A stretch of DNA of 64,000 bases from Heterodontus francisci. Taxonomy: Eukaryota. The notes under the pieces are model-generated. The model did no database searches and was not told the DNA's origin. It worked only from the letters and a program-made list of their open reading frames with translations. Positions 1-12,953 of this stretch are shown one piece after another (within the stretch, counting starts at the first letter, position 1; every line of letters starts with the position of its first letter). The translations under genes were made by a program, and so were the position numbers. The stretch spans positions 12,772,001 to 12,836,000 of the forward strand of contig NC_090415.1 of NCBI RefSeq assembly GCF_036365525.1. Reading direction: 5' to 3'.

Positions 1-558
1 GGCCTGATACACTCGGACTTTTGTGTTCCGTGTCAGTGTGCCATTTTCCCACACTCTCTTGGCCAGTCTGGACATAGCAGTGGAAGCCTTTCCCATGCGC
101 TTGTTGATTTCTGCATCTAGAGACAGGTTCCTGGTGATAGTTGAGCCTAGGTAGGTGAACTCTTGAACCACTTCCAGAGCGTGGTCGCCAATATTGATGG
201 ATGGAGCATTTCTGACGTCTTGCCCCATGATGTTCGTTTTCTTGAGGCTGATGGTGAGGCCAAATTCATTGCAGGCACCGCAAACCTGTCGATGAGACTC
301 TGCAAGCACTCTTCAGTGTGAGATGTTAAAGCAGCATCGTCAGCAAAGAGGAGTTCCCTGATGAAGACTTTCCGTACTTTGGACTTCGTTCTGAGACAGG
401 CAAGGTTGAACAACCTGCCCCCTGATCTTGTGTGGAGGAAAATTACTTCTTCAGAGGACTTGAACGCATGTGAAAGCAGCAGGGAGAAGAAAATCCCAAA
501 ACGTGTGGGTGCGAGAACACAGCCCTGTTTCACACCACTCAGGATAGGAAAGGGGTCT
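1..558 (-). mobile_element. RTE-clade LINE fragment (RT domain, frameshifted), runs off the window edge
   Basis: ORF 147..533 has GVKQGCVLAP and ELLFADDAAL; reverse complement closely matches 10960-11520. Confidence 0.9.
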
Positions 559-614
559 CTGACTCTCTGTACTACTAAAGCGTGTCTTTAGTTCCAAAAT
601 GATCGCCGCTTATG

Positions 615-752
615 TCTAAAGGGATCAAGGGATACGCGGACAAAGCGCGAACAGGGGACTGAGTTTGGATGATCAGCCATGATCGTATTGACTGGCGGTA
701 CAGGCTCGAAGCACCGAATGGCTTACTCCTGCTCCTATCTTTCTATGTTTTT
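615..752 (+). mobile_element. CR1 LINE 3' end remnant
   Basis: GATCAGCCATGATCGTATTGA...CGAATGGCTTACTCCTGCTCCT tail, similar to the CR1 tails at 28600-28660 and 53870-53925. Confidence 0.6.
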
Positions 753-1051
753 GTTAAGTTGGTCATTCGGCCCGTCGTGTCGCGGCCGGCTCTCTGCAAG
801 TTCAGCTCACCTCGTCCCACCGACCCGCCTTTTCTCCATTGCTCTACAGTTTTGGTTTATTCTCGACATAATTATCCAATTGTGTTTTGAGGGTCTCCAT
901 TGAATCTGCCCCCAACACACTCGATGTTATTCCTCTCCAATTTCAGATATTTCTGAAGGAATGGGAATATTCTTGCATGACTCACTTTTAGCCAGTAGAT
1001 GGCATCAGTCTACAATCATTTGGATCTTGTGATTTGTGTGCACACATATCG

Positions 1052-1225
1052 ACCGCAATGGGTCTGCTGCTGCCCGGGGAGTTCTCCAAGCACGCCGCCT
1101 TGGCAGGGACAAAAACACTGACGAATTATCCCAGTTCCTTGTAGATCTCCACAATGTACAGAAATAAAACACGAAACGCAACATCTCTTTTAAAATCCGC
1201 CTTCAGCTTCTTTGAAACAACTGCC
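1052..1225 (+). pseudogene. H2B: Histone H2B pseudogene fragment (last 30 codons plus decayed 3' UTR and stem-loop)
   Basis: 1052-1144 translates TAMGLLLPGEFSKHAALAGTKTLTNYPSSL* versus [30 protein letters not shown]; the following bases align to the H2B 3' UTR with a broken stem-loop. Confidence 0.85.
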
Positions 1226-1234
1226 CTGAAAAAA

Positions 1235-1370
1235 TAAACTGACCCTGCCCGGAACTGAGTTTGGCATCAGATAACACAACGGCTCTTCAAAGAGACATCA
1301 AATTGGCAAAAGATAGAGCTGTTATCTCTTGTTGATTCCAGCACATAAACGTCTCAGAAGGATTTGACCA
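1235..1370 (+). pseudogene. H3: Orphan histone H3 stop codon and 3' UTR with damaged stem-loop; coding sequence absent
   Basis: TAAACTGACCCTGCCC...CACAACGGCTCTTCAAAGAGAC...TTCCAGCACATAAACGTCTCAGAAGG aligns with 35539-35675. Confidence 0.85.
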
Positions 1371-1710
1371 CCCTCTTTACTGTCCACTGACAACTCTCGA
1401 AGCAGAGTGACCCAGATTCCTTTGTCTCCATATTGCAGCTGGGAATTTCAGGACCTTGCAGTTCTCAGTGTGAGAGCAGTGACACCATTGTATACAAGAT
1501 ATTTTATCAGAATAGCTCATTTTAGAACTCAAGACACGCCTTAGTGGTATATAAACGGTAGAATTGTAAAAAAAAAAGTCTTGCAAATATGGCAAGAGAA
1601 AATTAAAATGCATTCCATTTGATGAGCAGATAAAAGCTTGACTCCAGTACAATTCATAGCACCACAAAATAACGCGAACAGTATGACATTACCGTCTCTC
1701 AGACAGTAAC

Positions 1711-1751
1711 CAGCCCTTTCACAGATGAAGTGGGTGGCTCTGAAAAGAGCC
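1711..1751 (-). terminator. H2A histone 3' stem-loop and downstream element (HDE)
   Basis: GGCTCTTTTCAGAGCC (1736-1751, minus) followed by ACCCA, then GAAAGGGCTG. Confidence 0.95.
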
Positions 1752-1781
1752 TTTGGGTTGACAAATTCAGGTCAGGCCGCT

Positions 1782-2420
<639 letters not shown>

Positions 2421-3113
2421 TATTGGGGCGACTTCAATATAGAATATCAAATTTATAGTTCTTTTTTTACGGTGAAATAAATAAAACCTTTTTCATATTG
2501 TGTTATTCTACATTTGGTAACAAGTTCCAGATTGGCTTTTACATTCTGACATCTATTCGGGTTTACTCTCTGTCCTTTTTGAAACCAGCGGGCAGAAAGT
2601 CTCTTTCACAACATTCTCCAACCGGGCACATTTCATGTCAATTTTCATAATAATACCGCATCACTGATGAACGATTGTTTGTTATTCGTGGGAGACAACA
2701 GCGGAGTGTAGATTTTCAGTGTCAGGTGTCAGCGTGTGAGACGGAGGGTTCCGACACCACCGGGGGTTCTAGATAATGTAATTATTAATTTCTGAGGTCA
2801 AACTTGAACTAGGGAAATAAGTGACTGCGAACTGATGTATGTGCGTTAAATCAGCTTTTATTGTCGAAATACAAAAAAGAGGCCGAATATGAACACGTCC
2901 GAGAACAAACCTCACAAATGGTCAGTGGCCAGTAATTTATGTACGGGACATTATTAGTTAGAGACAGAAAGATCGCACGGGCAGTGAAACTGCATTAACC
3001 AGAATCTATGGGAGTAAAACAGAGATCACAAAGGCAAGGACACTTGATATATAAATCAATAGAAGTCGATATTATACAGACAATGTTGTAGCTTTTTCAG
3101 AGAAGTTGTGGGT

Positions 3114-3129
3114 GGCTCTTAAAAGAGCC
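3114..3129 (-). terminator. H2B histone stem-loop
   Basis: GGCTCTTTTAAGAGCC followed by ACCCA; HDE-like GAAAAAGCT downstream. Confidence 0.95.
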
Positions 3130-3168
3130 TTTTTGTGTTTTGGGTGTGTTTCAGTACATTGCGGATAT

Positions 3169-3549
3169 TTACTTGGAGCTGGTGTACTTGGTGACCGCCT
3201 TTGTACCTTCCGACACGGCGTGTTTGGCCAGCTCCCCGGGCAGCAGCAGGCGCACGGCGGTCTGGATCTCCCGGGAGCTGATGGTCCTGCGTTTGTTGTA
3301 ATGGGCCAGGCGGGAAGCCTCACGCGCGATTCGCTCGAAAATATCATTCACAAACGAATTCATGATGCTCATGGCCTTGGAGGAGATGCCGGTGTCAGGG
3401 TGAACCTGCTTCATCACTTTGTACACGTAGATGGAGTAACTTTCTTTCCTGGATCTTCTCCGTTTCTTGCTGCCTTTCACTGGCGCCTTCTTCAGAACTT
3501 TCTTGGCGCCCTTCTTGGAAGGTGCTGCAGTTTTCTTCTCGTCAACCAT
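3169..3549 (-). CDS. H2B: Histone H2B, 126 aa
   Basis: MVDEKK...[25 protein letters not shown]...KYTSSK; ATG at 3549. Confidence 0.97.
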   Translation of the reverse strand: MVDEKKTAAPSKKGAKKVLKKAPVKGSKKRRRSRKESYSIYVYKVMKQVHPDTGISSKAMSIMNSFVNDIFERIAREASRLAHYNKRRTISSREIQTAVRLLLPGELAKHAVSEGTKAVTKYTSSK

Positions 3550-3600
3550 GATCACGATCAACTTCAAACACAGAATAACCGAAATTTCGCTCCAAGCTCG

Positions 3601-3735
3601 CTTTTTATAGACATCCCCAGAACCCTATGCTAATGAGGGATGGGAGAAGGCCATGTTCATGATTGGCTGGTTTACAATGATGTCACTGCCTGATGTTCTG
3701 TATCTATCTGATTGGGTATCTAAAGTAACCAATCA
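3601..3735 (-). promoter_or_regulatory. H2B promoter: TATA, octamer variant, CCAAT boxes
   Basis: CTATAAAAAG 3601-3610 (minus); ATTAGCAT 3627-3634 at the usual H2B octamer position; CCAAT near 3662, 3711 and 3729. Confidence 0.8.
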
Positions 3736-4098
3736 CATTTTGTGCTTCTCACAGCCACAAACTGTCGCAGCAGTCAGATCGTCCAAACCCCTTTGCCCGC
3801 CCTTATCCATCTACATCAGTGACTTTCTGAGTCCCTCTTCCTCATCAACCATTTCTATTTTGCTCGTACGAACTCGTCTCTTTTTTCACTCTACGTATAA
3901 TTTCTCTATAGTTCCCTTCCTTATCAGGATGTAGCGCCCCTCCGCACTTCCGTCCATCAACAGGACCGAATCGTCCAGCATATTGGGGGTCAGAGTGGGG
4001 CAAATGCGAGCATTGAAGTGCAAGTTCTTATCTCCATGTAGCGTGCCAAATAAGGTTGGTCAGCTGCAGTCACAAGTAACCACATGAAAGATTTATAT

Positions 4099-5191
4099 GA
4101 CAGCGCTTCTGATATGTCTTCCTTTTTCCTCAACCAAGGATACCCTTGTCCTCACTTTCCACCCCATCAGCCTCCACATCCAAAGAATCATCCTCCGCCA
4201 TTTCTGCCACCTCCAGCGTGATGCCACTACCAAATACATCTTCCCCTCCCTTCCCCTGTCAGCATTCCGAAGGGATCATTCCCTCTGCAACACCCTGGTG
4301 CACTCCTCCATTACATCCACCTCCTTGTCCCCTTCCCACGGCACCTTCCCCTGCAATCGCAGGAGGTGTAATACCTGCCCATTTACCTCCTCTCTTCTCA
4401 CAATCCCAGGCCCCAAACACTCCTTTCGAGTGAAGCAGCGATTTACTTGTACTTCTTTCAATTTAGTATACTGTATTCGCTGCTCACAAAGTGGTCTTCG
4501 CTACATTGGGGAGACCAAACGCATACTGGGTGACCGCTTTACACAACACTTCTGCTCAGTCTGAACGCATGACCCCGAGCTTCCGGTTGCTTGTCATTTC
4601 AACACTCCCCCCTGCTCTCATGCTCATATCTCAGTCCTGGGATTGCTGTAGTGTTCCAGGGAACATCAACGCAAGCTCGAGGAACAGCATCTCATTTACT
4701 GATTAGGCACAATACAGCCTGCCAGACTGAATATTGAGTTCAATAATTTCAGAGCATGACGGGCCCCCCATTTTACTTTTATTTTTAGTTATTCTATCTT
4801 ATTTATATTTATTTTTCTGTTTATTTTATTTTATATCATCTTAGTTGGTACAGTTTGCTTACCCACTTTTTTTTCCATGTTGTACTTGTGCCTATTCAAA
4901 TTTCATCCATTAACACCCTATCTGTACTAATGCTTTGTCTTTCAACACACCATTAACATAATGTTTGCCTTTGCTCCATGACCTTCTGGTCAGCTATTCT
5001 GTGACGTTGTCCTTTCTGCACCTTCTCCTTTGTTATCTCATGCCCCACCCCCGCTTTACTTGCTTAAAACATTTCACATTTCTAATATTTACCAGTTCTG
5101 AAGAAGGGCCACTGACCTGAAACGTAAACTCTGCTTCTCTCTCCACAGATGCTGCCAAACCAGCTGAGTTTATACAGCATTTCTTGTTATT
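4099..5191 (+). mobile_element. Penelope-like element, 5'-truncated: GIY-YIG endonuclease part plus terminal region
   Basis: ORF 4097..4564 has CNRRRCNTC and LVYCIRC...YIGETKR..DRF..H; TSD ATGAAAGATT 4084-4093/5192-5201; empty site in the paralog near 38171-38190. Confidence 0.9.
5094..5130 (+). ncRNA. Minimal type I hammerhead ribozyme motif (Penelope-associated)
   Basis: Stem I AGTT/AACT; core CTGAAGA 5098-5104; imperfect stem II; GAAA 5119-5122; loopless AC/GT stem III; GTA triplet 5124-5126. Confidence 0.7.
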
Positions 5192-5459
5192 ATGAAAGAT
5201 TGAGATCGTGACCATTACATATTTCTGGCTGAAACTAGGCGAGGCAAGGGAACTTATTATTACTGGCGACAAATATTCAGGAAAGATAGGTCTGAAAAAT
5301 ATGGAGGGTTGTGCAGTGGAAGGAATTGATCAAATATAATATGATAACACTGGCAGGGATGATGTTTCTGAGGTGTTAACAAAAGAATCTATTTGGTCAT
5401 ATATGCGGAATATGGCAGGAGGAAATGCATGGACATTCTGGGTCGCGAAATATTTGTCC

Positions 5460-6420
5460 TTCCCTGCAGGACATGTGAGTGTGGGATTCATTCTGTGCCC
5501 ATCAGTATGTGATATTTACCCGTGGCTTTTACTCCATATCTGTCAATCTATGGTCAATGATTTGGTCATTTCATTCAATAATTTGAATCTTCAATAGGTG
5601 ATTGTTTTTTTTTAATTCTCCGTAACATTCAGTTTCTAAATGGGTGATGATGGGTTTTGTTCTGTGAGCGTGGGTTTTGTTATGCATCTGTTAATATCTG
5701 ATTTTGGAGTCTGGGCATTTCTCTATCTGTCAATTTCTGAATTGTGAATTTGGATTTTAATCTGCACCTGTCAGTTTCTGGTATGAAAGGTTGTTTGATT
5801 TTGTCTCTGTACCTGTTAGTAAGTGGCATTTTTGTGTAGCTTTACACAGCACATGTTAATTGATGACACGTCAGCGTTGTTTTCACTCAACATGTCAGTC
5901 TCTGGTTTGGAGACCTCACCTGTGTTCTGTATCCATCAGATGTCTACATATGAGGGTGGGTTTTAACCCGTTTCTTTCAATCTGTTGTATGTAAGTACTG
6001 TTTATTATCTGTATCTGTATGTTTCTGATGAACGAATGTGGACTGTATCGCATCCCTGTCAGTGGTTCATTAAGAGATATTTTACAAGGTACCTGCCCGT
6101 TCTGATATGTGAGTATGGGTTGTGATCTACATCTGGCCGTTTCTGGTACGAGACATGAGCATTGTTTTCACTCTGTGTACGTTTGCCTCAAGTGTCAGAA
6201 GCTGGGTTTTGTCATACATCTCATTCTCTGCTGTATGATTGTGGATTTACATCTGTACAAGTTAGTTTCTGATACGGGCGTGTGAATTTTATTCTGTATG
6301 CCAATTTCTGGTATGTGAGTGTGTGTTTTTTCTGTCCTGTCACTTTCTGTTGAACTGTATGATGGATTCGCTTTGGATCTGTGAATTTCTGCTATGTGAA
6401 TGTTGGCTTTCCTTTACATT
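5460..6420 (+). repeat. Degenerate 41-bp tandem repeat block
   Basis: Recurrent TCTGTACCTGTCAGTTTCTGGTATGTGAGTGTGG-like units. Confidence 0.8.
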
Positions 6421-6422
6421 TG

Positions 6423-9180
6423 TCATAGAGTTATACAGCACAGAAACAGGCCCTTTGGCCCACTGTGTCTTTGCCTCCCATCAAGCATGAATCTATTCGA
6501 ATCACATTTTCCAGCACTTGGCCCATAGTCTTGTATGCTATGACGTTTCACGTGTTCATCGAAATCCTTCTCAAATGCTGTGAGGGGTCCTGCCTCTACC
6601 AGCCCTTCAGGTAGTGTGTTCCAGATTCCAACCACACTCTGGGTGAAATATTTTCTCCACAAGTCCCCTCTAAACCTGCTGCCCATTACTTAAATCTATC
6701 TCCCCTGGTTGTTGATCCCTCCACTGAGGGAACGTTTTCTTCTTATCTGTACTATCAATGTCCCGTGTAATTTTGTATACCTCAATCAGTTCCCCCCTCA
6801 GCCTTCTCTGCTCCAAGGAAAACAACCCTAGCCTATCCAGTCTCTCTTCATAACTGAAATGCCACAGCCCAGGAAACATCCTGGTAAATCTCCTCTGCAC
6901 GCTCTCCATTGCAATCACGTCCTTCCTTTGGTGAGTTGACCAGAACTGTACACAGTACTCCAGCTGTGGCCTAACTAGCATTTCATTCAGCTCCCTCATA
7001 ACCTCCCTGCTCTTATATTCTATGCCTCGGCTAATAAAGACAAGTATCCCATATGCCTTCCTAACCACCTTATCTCCCCGTGCTTCTGCCTTCAGTGATA
7101 GATGGACAAGTACACCAATGTCCCTCAGACCCTCTGTACATCTTAGGATCTGGCCATTCATTGTATATTCTCTTGCCTTGTTAGGCCTCCCAAAATGCAT
7201 CACCTCACATTTTCGCACTTCTCTGGATTAAATTCCATTTGCCACTGCCCCACCCATCTTACCAGCCCATCTATATCATCCTGTAATCTAAGGCTTTCCT
7301 CCTCACTATTTATGACACCAATTTTCGTGTCATCTGCGAACTTACTGATCATATCTACTACATTCACGTCTAAATCATTCATGTACACTACAAACAGCAA
7401 TGGTCCCAGCACCGATCGCTGTGGTACACCACTGGTCACAAACGTCAACTCACAAAAACAATGCTCGACCATCACCCTCTGCTTCCTGCCACTAAGCCAA
7501 TTTTGTATCCAATTTGCCAAATTGCCCTGGACCCCATGGGCTCTTACCTTCTTAACCAATCTCCCATGTGGGACCTTATCTGAAGCCTTACTGAAGTCCA
7601 TGTAGATAACATCAACTGCCTTACCCTCATCTACACATCGAGTCACCTCCTCAAAAAATTCAATCAACTTTGTTAGACACGATTTTTTTTTTCAAGTCAC
7701 CTCCTCACTCTGCTTATTATTAAATATTTTTATTAATTACCACCTCCCCCACTCCCTGACATTTTCTATAATCCTCTGGCCTCCGCTGTTTTCTGCCCTA
7801 AGCCTCTCTTTTTTTTTTCCGTTATCCAATCCTCGATATCCCTTGACATCCAGGGTTCCCTGGATTTGTTTGTCCTACGCTTCACCTTTATGGGAACATG
7901 TTGACCCTGAACTCTCATTATTTCCTTTTTGAATGACTCCCACTAGTCTGATGCAGACTTTCCTATAAGTAGCTTCTCACAGTCCACTTTGGCCAGATCC
8001 TGTTTTATCATATTGAAATCGGTCTTCCCCAAATTGAGTACATTTATTTCTGGTCCCTCTTTGTCCTTTTCCATAACTTCCTTAAATATTACAGAGTTAA
8101 TGCCACTATCCCCGAAATGCTCCCCCACTGACACTCCTACCACTTGTCCGGCTTCACTCCCTAGGATTAGGTCGAGCACGGCTCCTTCTTTAGTCGGACT
8201 TTCTACCTGCTGGCTCAAAAAGATCTCCTGTATGCACCTTAAGAATTCTGCCTCCTTTAAGCCATTTGCACTAAGACGATCCCAGTTGATATTGGGTAAG
8301 TTGAAATCCACTACAATTATTACCCTATTATTTTTAAACCTCTCTGAGATTTGCCTACATATCTGCTCCTCTATCTCTCACTGACTGTTTGGAGGCCTGT
8401 AGTGCACTCCCAGCCAAGTGATTACCCCCTTTTTGTTTTTATGTTCTACCCATATGGATCATTTGAGGAATGTTCGAAGATATCATCCCTCCTTATACAG
8501 GAATTGACTCCTTGATCAACTGTGCACTGCCACCTCCTATTTTATACCCTCCCCTGTCATGCCTTAAGATTCAATACCCTGGATTATTGAGCTGCCAGTC
8601 CTGCCCTTCCTTCAACCATGTCTCCGTGAAAACAATAATATCATATTTCCGTGTGTTAATAAATGGCCTCAATTCATCTACCTTACTAGTAAGACTCCTT
8701 GCGTTAAAATAGATGCAATCCAGCCTTGCATTGTTAGTTTGTGTCTTAACATGTCTGCATTTTCTCTGCCTTCCAGACTGACTCAGTTTCTCTTCTATAT
8801 TTGACTGTGCATCAACCCTTACTGCACGTCCCCTCTGTATCCCACCCCCTTGCCAAATTAGTTTACAACCACCACCCACCCCCCTCCCCCAAAAGCACCT
8901 GTAAACCTCCCAGCAAGGATGTTGGTCCTGATCCAGTTCAGGTGCAATCTGTCCAACTTGTACAATTCCCACCTTGGCCAGAAACAGACCCAGTGATCCA
9001 GGAAATTCAAGCCCTCCCTCCTGCACTATCTCTTCAGCCACACATTCATCTGGTCTATGCTCCTATTCCTATAATCACCTGCATGTGGCAGCGGGGGTAA
9101 TCCAGCGATTACAACTTTTGCGGACCCCTTTTCTTTAATCTGCTACCTTGCTTTTGAAGTTCATGTTGCATGACCTCATC
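6423..9180 (-). mobile_element. CR1 LINE, decayed and internally deleted (esterase ORF1 end, endonuclease, RT, 3' tail)
   Basis: ORFs 8571..9041 (YFNARSL, ETWL), 7943..8311, 7200..7667 (DFSKA, KFADDTK), 6670..7218; GGGCC-AAA-GGGCC tail. Confidence 0.9.
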
Positions 9181-9184
9181 CCTC

Positions 9185-9900
9185 TTTGTGCCTGTCAGTT
9201 TCTGGTATGGAATAAAGATCTTTACTCTGTACCTGCTAGTTGCTGGCAAGTGATTGTGACATCAATCCATATCTGTCAGAGTGTGATGTTACTTCAGATT
9301 TTACTCTTCAGCTGTCAGTTTCTGACATGTGAATATGGATTTTCCTCATTCTGGTCACTTACTGCAATGTAAGTCACTCCTTTATTCTGTGCCTGTCAGT
9401 TTCAGGTCTGGAAGAAAGATTTTTTTCATTACCTTTTATAATCTGGCAAGTGAATGTGAGATCACCCTGTATCTGTCAGTTTGTGACATATTACTGTGAC
9501 TTTTACTCTTCACTTGTCAGTTTCTGATACGTGAATGTTTATTTTATTCTGGGTGCCTGTCAGATACTAAAATGCAAGTATGTTTGTTACTTGTAATTAA
9601 TTGGAGTGTTTACTCTTGATCTGTCACTCTCTGGAATGTGAGTGTGGCTCTTACTCTGTGTCTGTCTGTGTTGGATTTGCCAGCAAGTGTTTTCCTTTGC
9701 CTTTCTGTTCCTGATATGTGAATGTGAATTTTACTATGTACCTCTCAGTTACTGGTATGTGATCGTGGTTTTATTCTGTCTCCATGAGCCTATGATTAAT
9801 GATTGCAGCTTGTGTCCAAGGCATGTCAGTATCTTGTTTGCACATGCCCATTCTTATGTGCATGTTGCTTTATGGGAAATGACTAAAGGATTTACTCTTT
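9185..9900 (+). repeat. Degenerate 41-bp repeat block
   Basis: TGTCAG at 9474, 9515 and 9558. Confidence 0.75.
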
Positions 9901-9978
9901 CTTCTGCCATATTACTTCTATGGCTTCAAGGGCTGGTCAGAGACTGGGAATTCTGTGATGAGCAACTCATGTCCTAAC

Positions 9979-10239
9979 TTAGTTTAGTTTAGAGATACAG
10001 CACTGAAACAGGCCCTTCGGCCCACCGAGTCTGTGCCGACCATCAACCACCCATTTATACTAATCCTCCACTAATTCCATGTTCCAACCACATCCCCACC
10101 TGTCCCTATATTTCCCAAACACCTACCTATATTAGGGGCAATTTATAATGGCCAATTTACCTATCAACCTGCAAGTCATTGGCATGTGGGAGGAAACTGG
10201 AGCACCCGGAGAAAACCCATGCAGACACAGGGAGAACTT
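9979..10239 (-). mobile_element. HE1-type V-SINE, 5'-truncated
   Basis: GGTTTCCTCCCACA-type V core; GGGCCGAAGGGCCTGTTTCAGTGCTGTATCTCT(AAACT)n tail. Confidence 0.85.
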
Positions 10240-10288
10240 CCCAAAGTCTTTCTACCACCTACAAGCCACAAGTCAGAATTCTGATGGG

Positions 10289-12163
10289 TACTCCAGGGAG
10301 AATGCTGTCACTGAGACTGCCCTCAATGCAGCCCAGCCTCTACCAGTCATGGATGAGCTGGACATACAGCCAACCAAATCGGAACTCAGTGATGCCATTG
10401 ATTCCCTAGCCAGCGGAAAAGCCCCTGGGAAGGACAGCATTACCCCTGAAATAATCAAGAGTGCCAAGCCTGCTATACTCTCAGCACTACATGAACTGCT
10501 ATGCCTGTGCTGGGACGAGGGAGCAGTACCCCAGGACATGCGCGATGCCAACATCATCACCCTCTATAAAAACAAAGGTGACCGCGGTGACTGCAACAAC
10601 TACCGTGGAATCTCCCTGCTCAGCATAGTGGGGAAAGTCTTTGCTCGAGTCGCTCTGAACAGGCTCCAGAAGCTGGCCGAGCGCGTCTACCCTGAGGCAC
10701 AGTGTGGCTTTCGTGCAGAGAGATCGACTATTGACATGCTGTTCTCCCTTCGTCAGATACAGGAGAAATGCCGTGAACAACAGATGCCCCTCTACATTGC
10801 TTTCATTGATCTCACCAAAGCCTTTGACCTCGTCAGCAGACGTGGTCTCTTCAGACTACTAGAAAAGATCGGATGTCCACCAAAGCTACTAAGTATCATC
10901 ACCTCATTCCATGACAATATGAAAGGCACAATTCAACATGGTGGCTCCTCATCAGAGCCCTTTCCTATCCTGAGTGGTGTGAAACAGGGCTGTGTTCTCG
11001 CACCCACACTTTTTGGGATTTTCTTCTCCCTGCTGCTTTCACATGCGTTCAAATCCTCTGAAGAAGGAATTTTCCTCCACACAAGATCAGGGGGCAGGTT
11101 GTTCAACCTTGCCCGTCTAAGAGCGAAGTCCAAAGTACGGAAAGTCCTCATCAGAGAACTCCTCTTTGCTGACGATGCTGCTTTAACATCTCACACTGAA
11201 GAATGCCTGCAGAGTCTCATCGACAGGTTTGCGTCTGCCTGCAATGAATTTGGCCTAACCATCAGCCTCAAGAAAACGAACATCATGGGGCAGGATGTCA
11301 GAAATGCTCCATCCATCAATATTGGCGACCACGCTCTGGAAGTGGTTCAAGAGTTCACCTACCTAGGCTCAACTATCACCAGTAACCTGTCTCTAGATGC
11401 AGAAATCAACAAGCGCATGGGTAAGGCTTCCACTGCTATGTTCAGACTGGCCAAGAGAGTGTGGGAAAATGGCGCACTGACACGGAACACAAAAGTCCGA
11501 GTGTATCAGGCCTGTGTCCTCAGTACCTTGCTCTACGGCAGCGAGGCCTGGACAACGTATGCCAGCCAAGAGCGACGTCTCAATTCATTCCATCTTCGCT
11601 GCCTTCGGAGAATACTTGGCATCAGGTGGCAGGACTATATCTCCAACACAGAAGTCCCTGAAGCGGCCAACATCCCCAGCTTATACACACTACTGAGTCA
11701 GCGGCGCTTGAGATGGCTTGGCCATGTGAGCCGCATGGAAGATGGCAGGATCCCCAAAGACACATTGTACAGCGAGCTCGCCACTGGTATCAGACCCACC
11801 GGCCGTCCATGTCTCCGTTATAAAGACGTCTGCAAACGCGACATGAAATCGTGTGACATTGATCACAAGTCGTGGGAGTCAGTTGCCAGCATTCGCCAGA
11901 GCTGGCGGGCAGCCATAAAGACAGGGCTAAATTGTGGCGAGTCGAAGAGACTTAGTAGTTGGCAGGAAAAAAGACAGAGGCGCAAGGGGAGAGCCAACTG
12001 TGCAACAGCCCCAACAAACAAATTTCTCTGCAGCACCTGTGGAAGAGCCTGTCACTCCAGAATTGGCCTTTATAGCCACTCCAGGCGCTGCTTCACAAAC
12101 CACTGACCACCTCCAGGCGCGTATCCATTGTCTCTCGAGATAAGGAGGCCCAAAGAAGAAAGA
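10289..12163 (+). mobile_element. RTE-clade LINE, 5'-truncated, with an uninterrupted 605-codon RT plus C-terminal zinc-finger frame (10289-12106)
   Basis: YRGISLL, QCGFR, FIDLTKAFD, GVKQG, FADD, CSTC...H...C; short 3' UTR with AAAGAAGAAAGA tail; ACTC duplication 10290-10293/12164-12167. Confidence 0.95.
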
Positions 12164-12520
12164 ACTCTCCACTTGCTTGGTTGAGTGCAGCTCTAAAAAC
12201 ACCGAAGAATCTTGATACCATCCAGGACAAATCAGCAGGCTTGATTATCTTACCATTCACCAGGTTATGCATTTACTCCCTCCACCCACCAGTGCACAGT
12301 GTGTCCCATCTAAAAGATGTACTGCATCAACCTGAGGAAGTACCGTACAACAGCACCTTCCAAACCCATGACATCTGCTACTGACTGGAACATGGGCAGC
12401 AAGCTTATGAGAACATTACCACCTGCAATTTCATCTCTAGTTTGCACAACATCCTGACTTCAAAAATATAACACCATTCCTTCATCATCACTCAGCCCAA
12501 ATTCTGGAACTCCCACTTTT
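12164..12520 (+). mobile_element. Old CR1/L2-group LINE 3' remnant, the host of the RTE (5' piece at 10240-10293)
   Basis: Both flanks align contiguously with 30190-30600. Confidence 0.75.
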
Positions 12521-12953
12521 ATGAATGACATTCGTTCTGTAGCTGTTCATCAATGGTACAGTCTGAGTGTAGAACTTATTCTGCATCTGACACTCTGAAA
12601 GACAGGGTCTGTTTGTTTATATTTAAGGAACAATGAAGGATCTCTTACACACCTAGATCTGTCCAAATATCTGTCCCTCTTTGTATGGTGTGTGTGTGAG
12701 GGATTCATTCTTTATCTCAGAATGTGGAATGTGACTATATTTATCTCTGTCACTTACTGATATGTGCATGTGCACTTTTCACTCTATCTGCCAGCTTCTG
12801 ATGTGAGTGGATTGTTTTCTGTACCTGTCATTTACTGATGAATTGAACGGTGGTTTTGGTTTGAATCGCTCACTTTCTGTTATGTGAATATGAGTATTCC
12901 TTCGTACTTGTCAATTACTGGTATTGAAGTAAGATCTTTAAACTGCACCTAAT

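Noticed and set aside
10148-10288. N-terminal 47 codons of the 652-aa ORF as a real gene start
   Set aside because: Made of antisense SINE and host-LINE sequence that happens to be in frame with the truncated RTE
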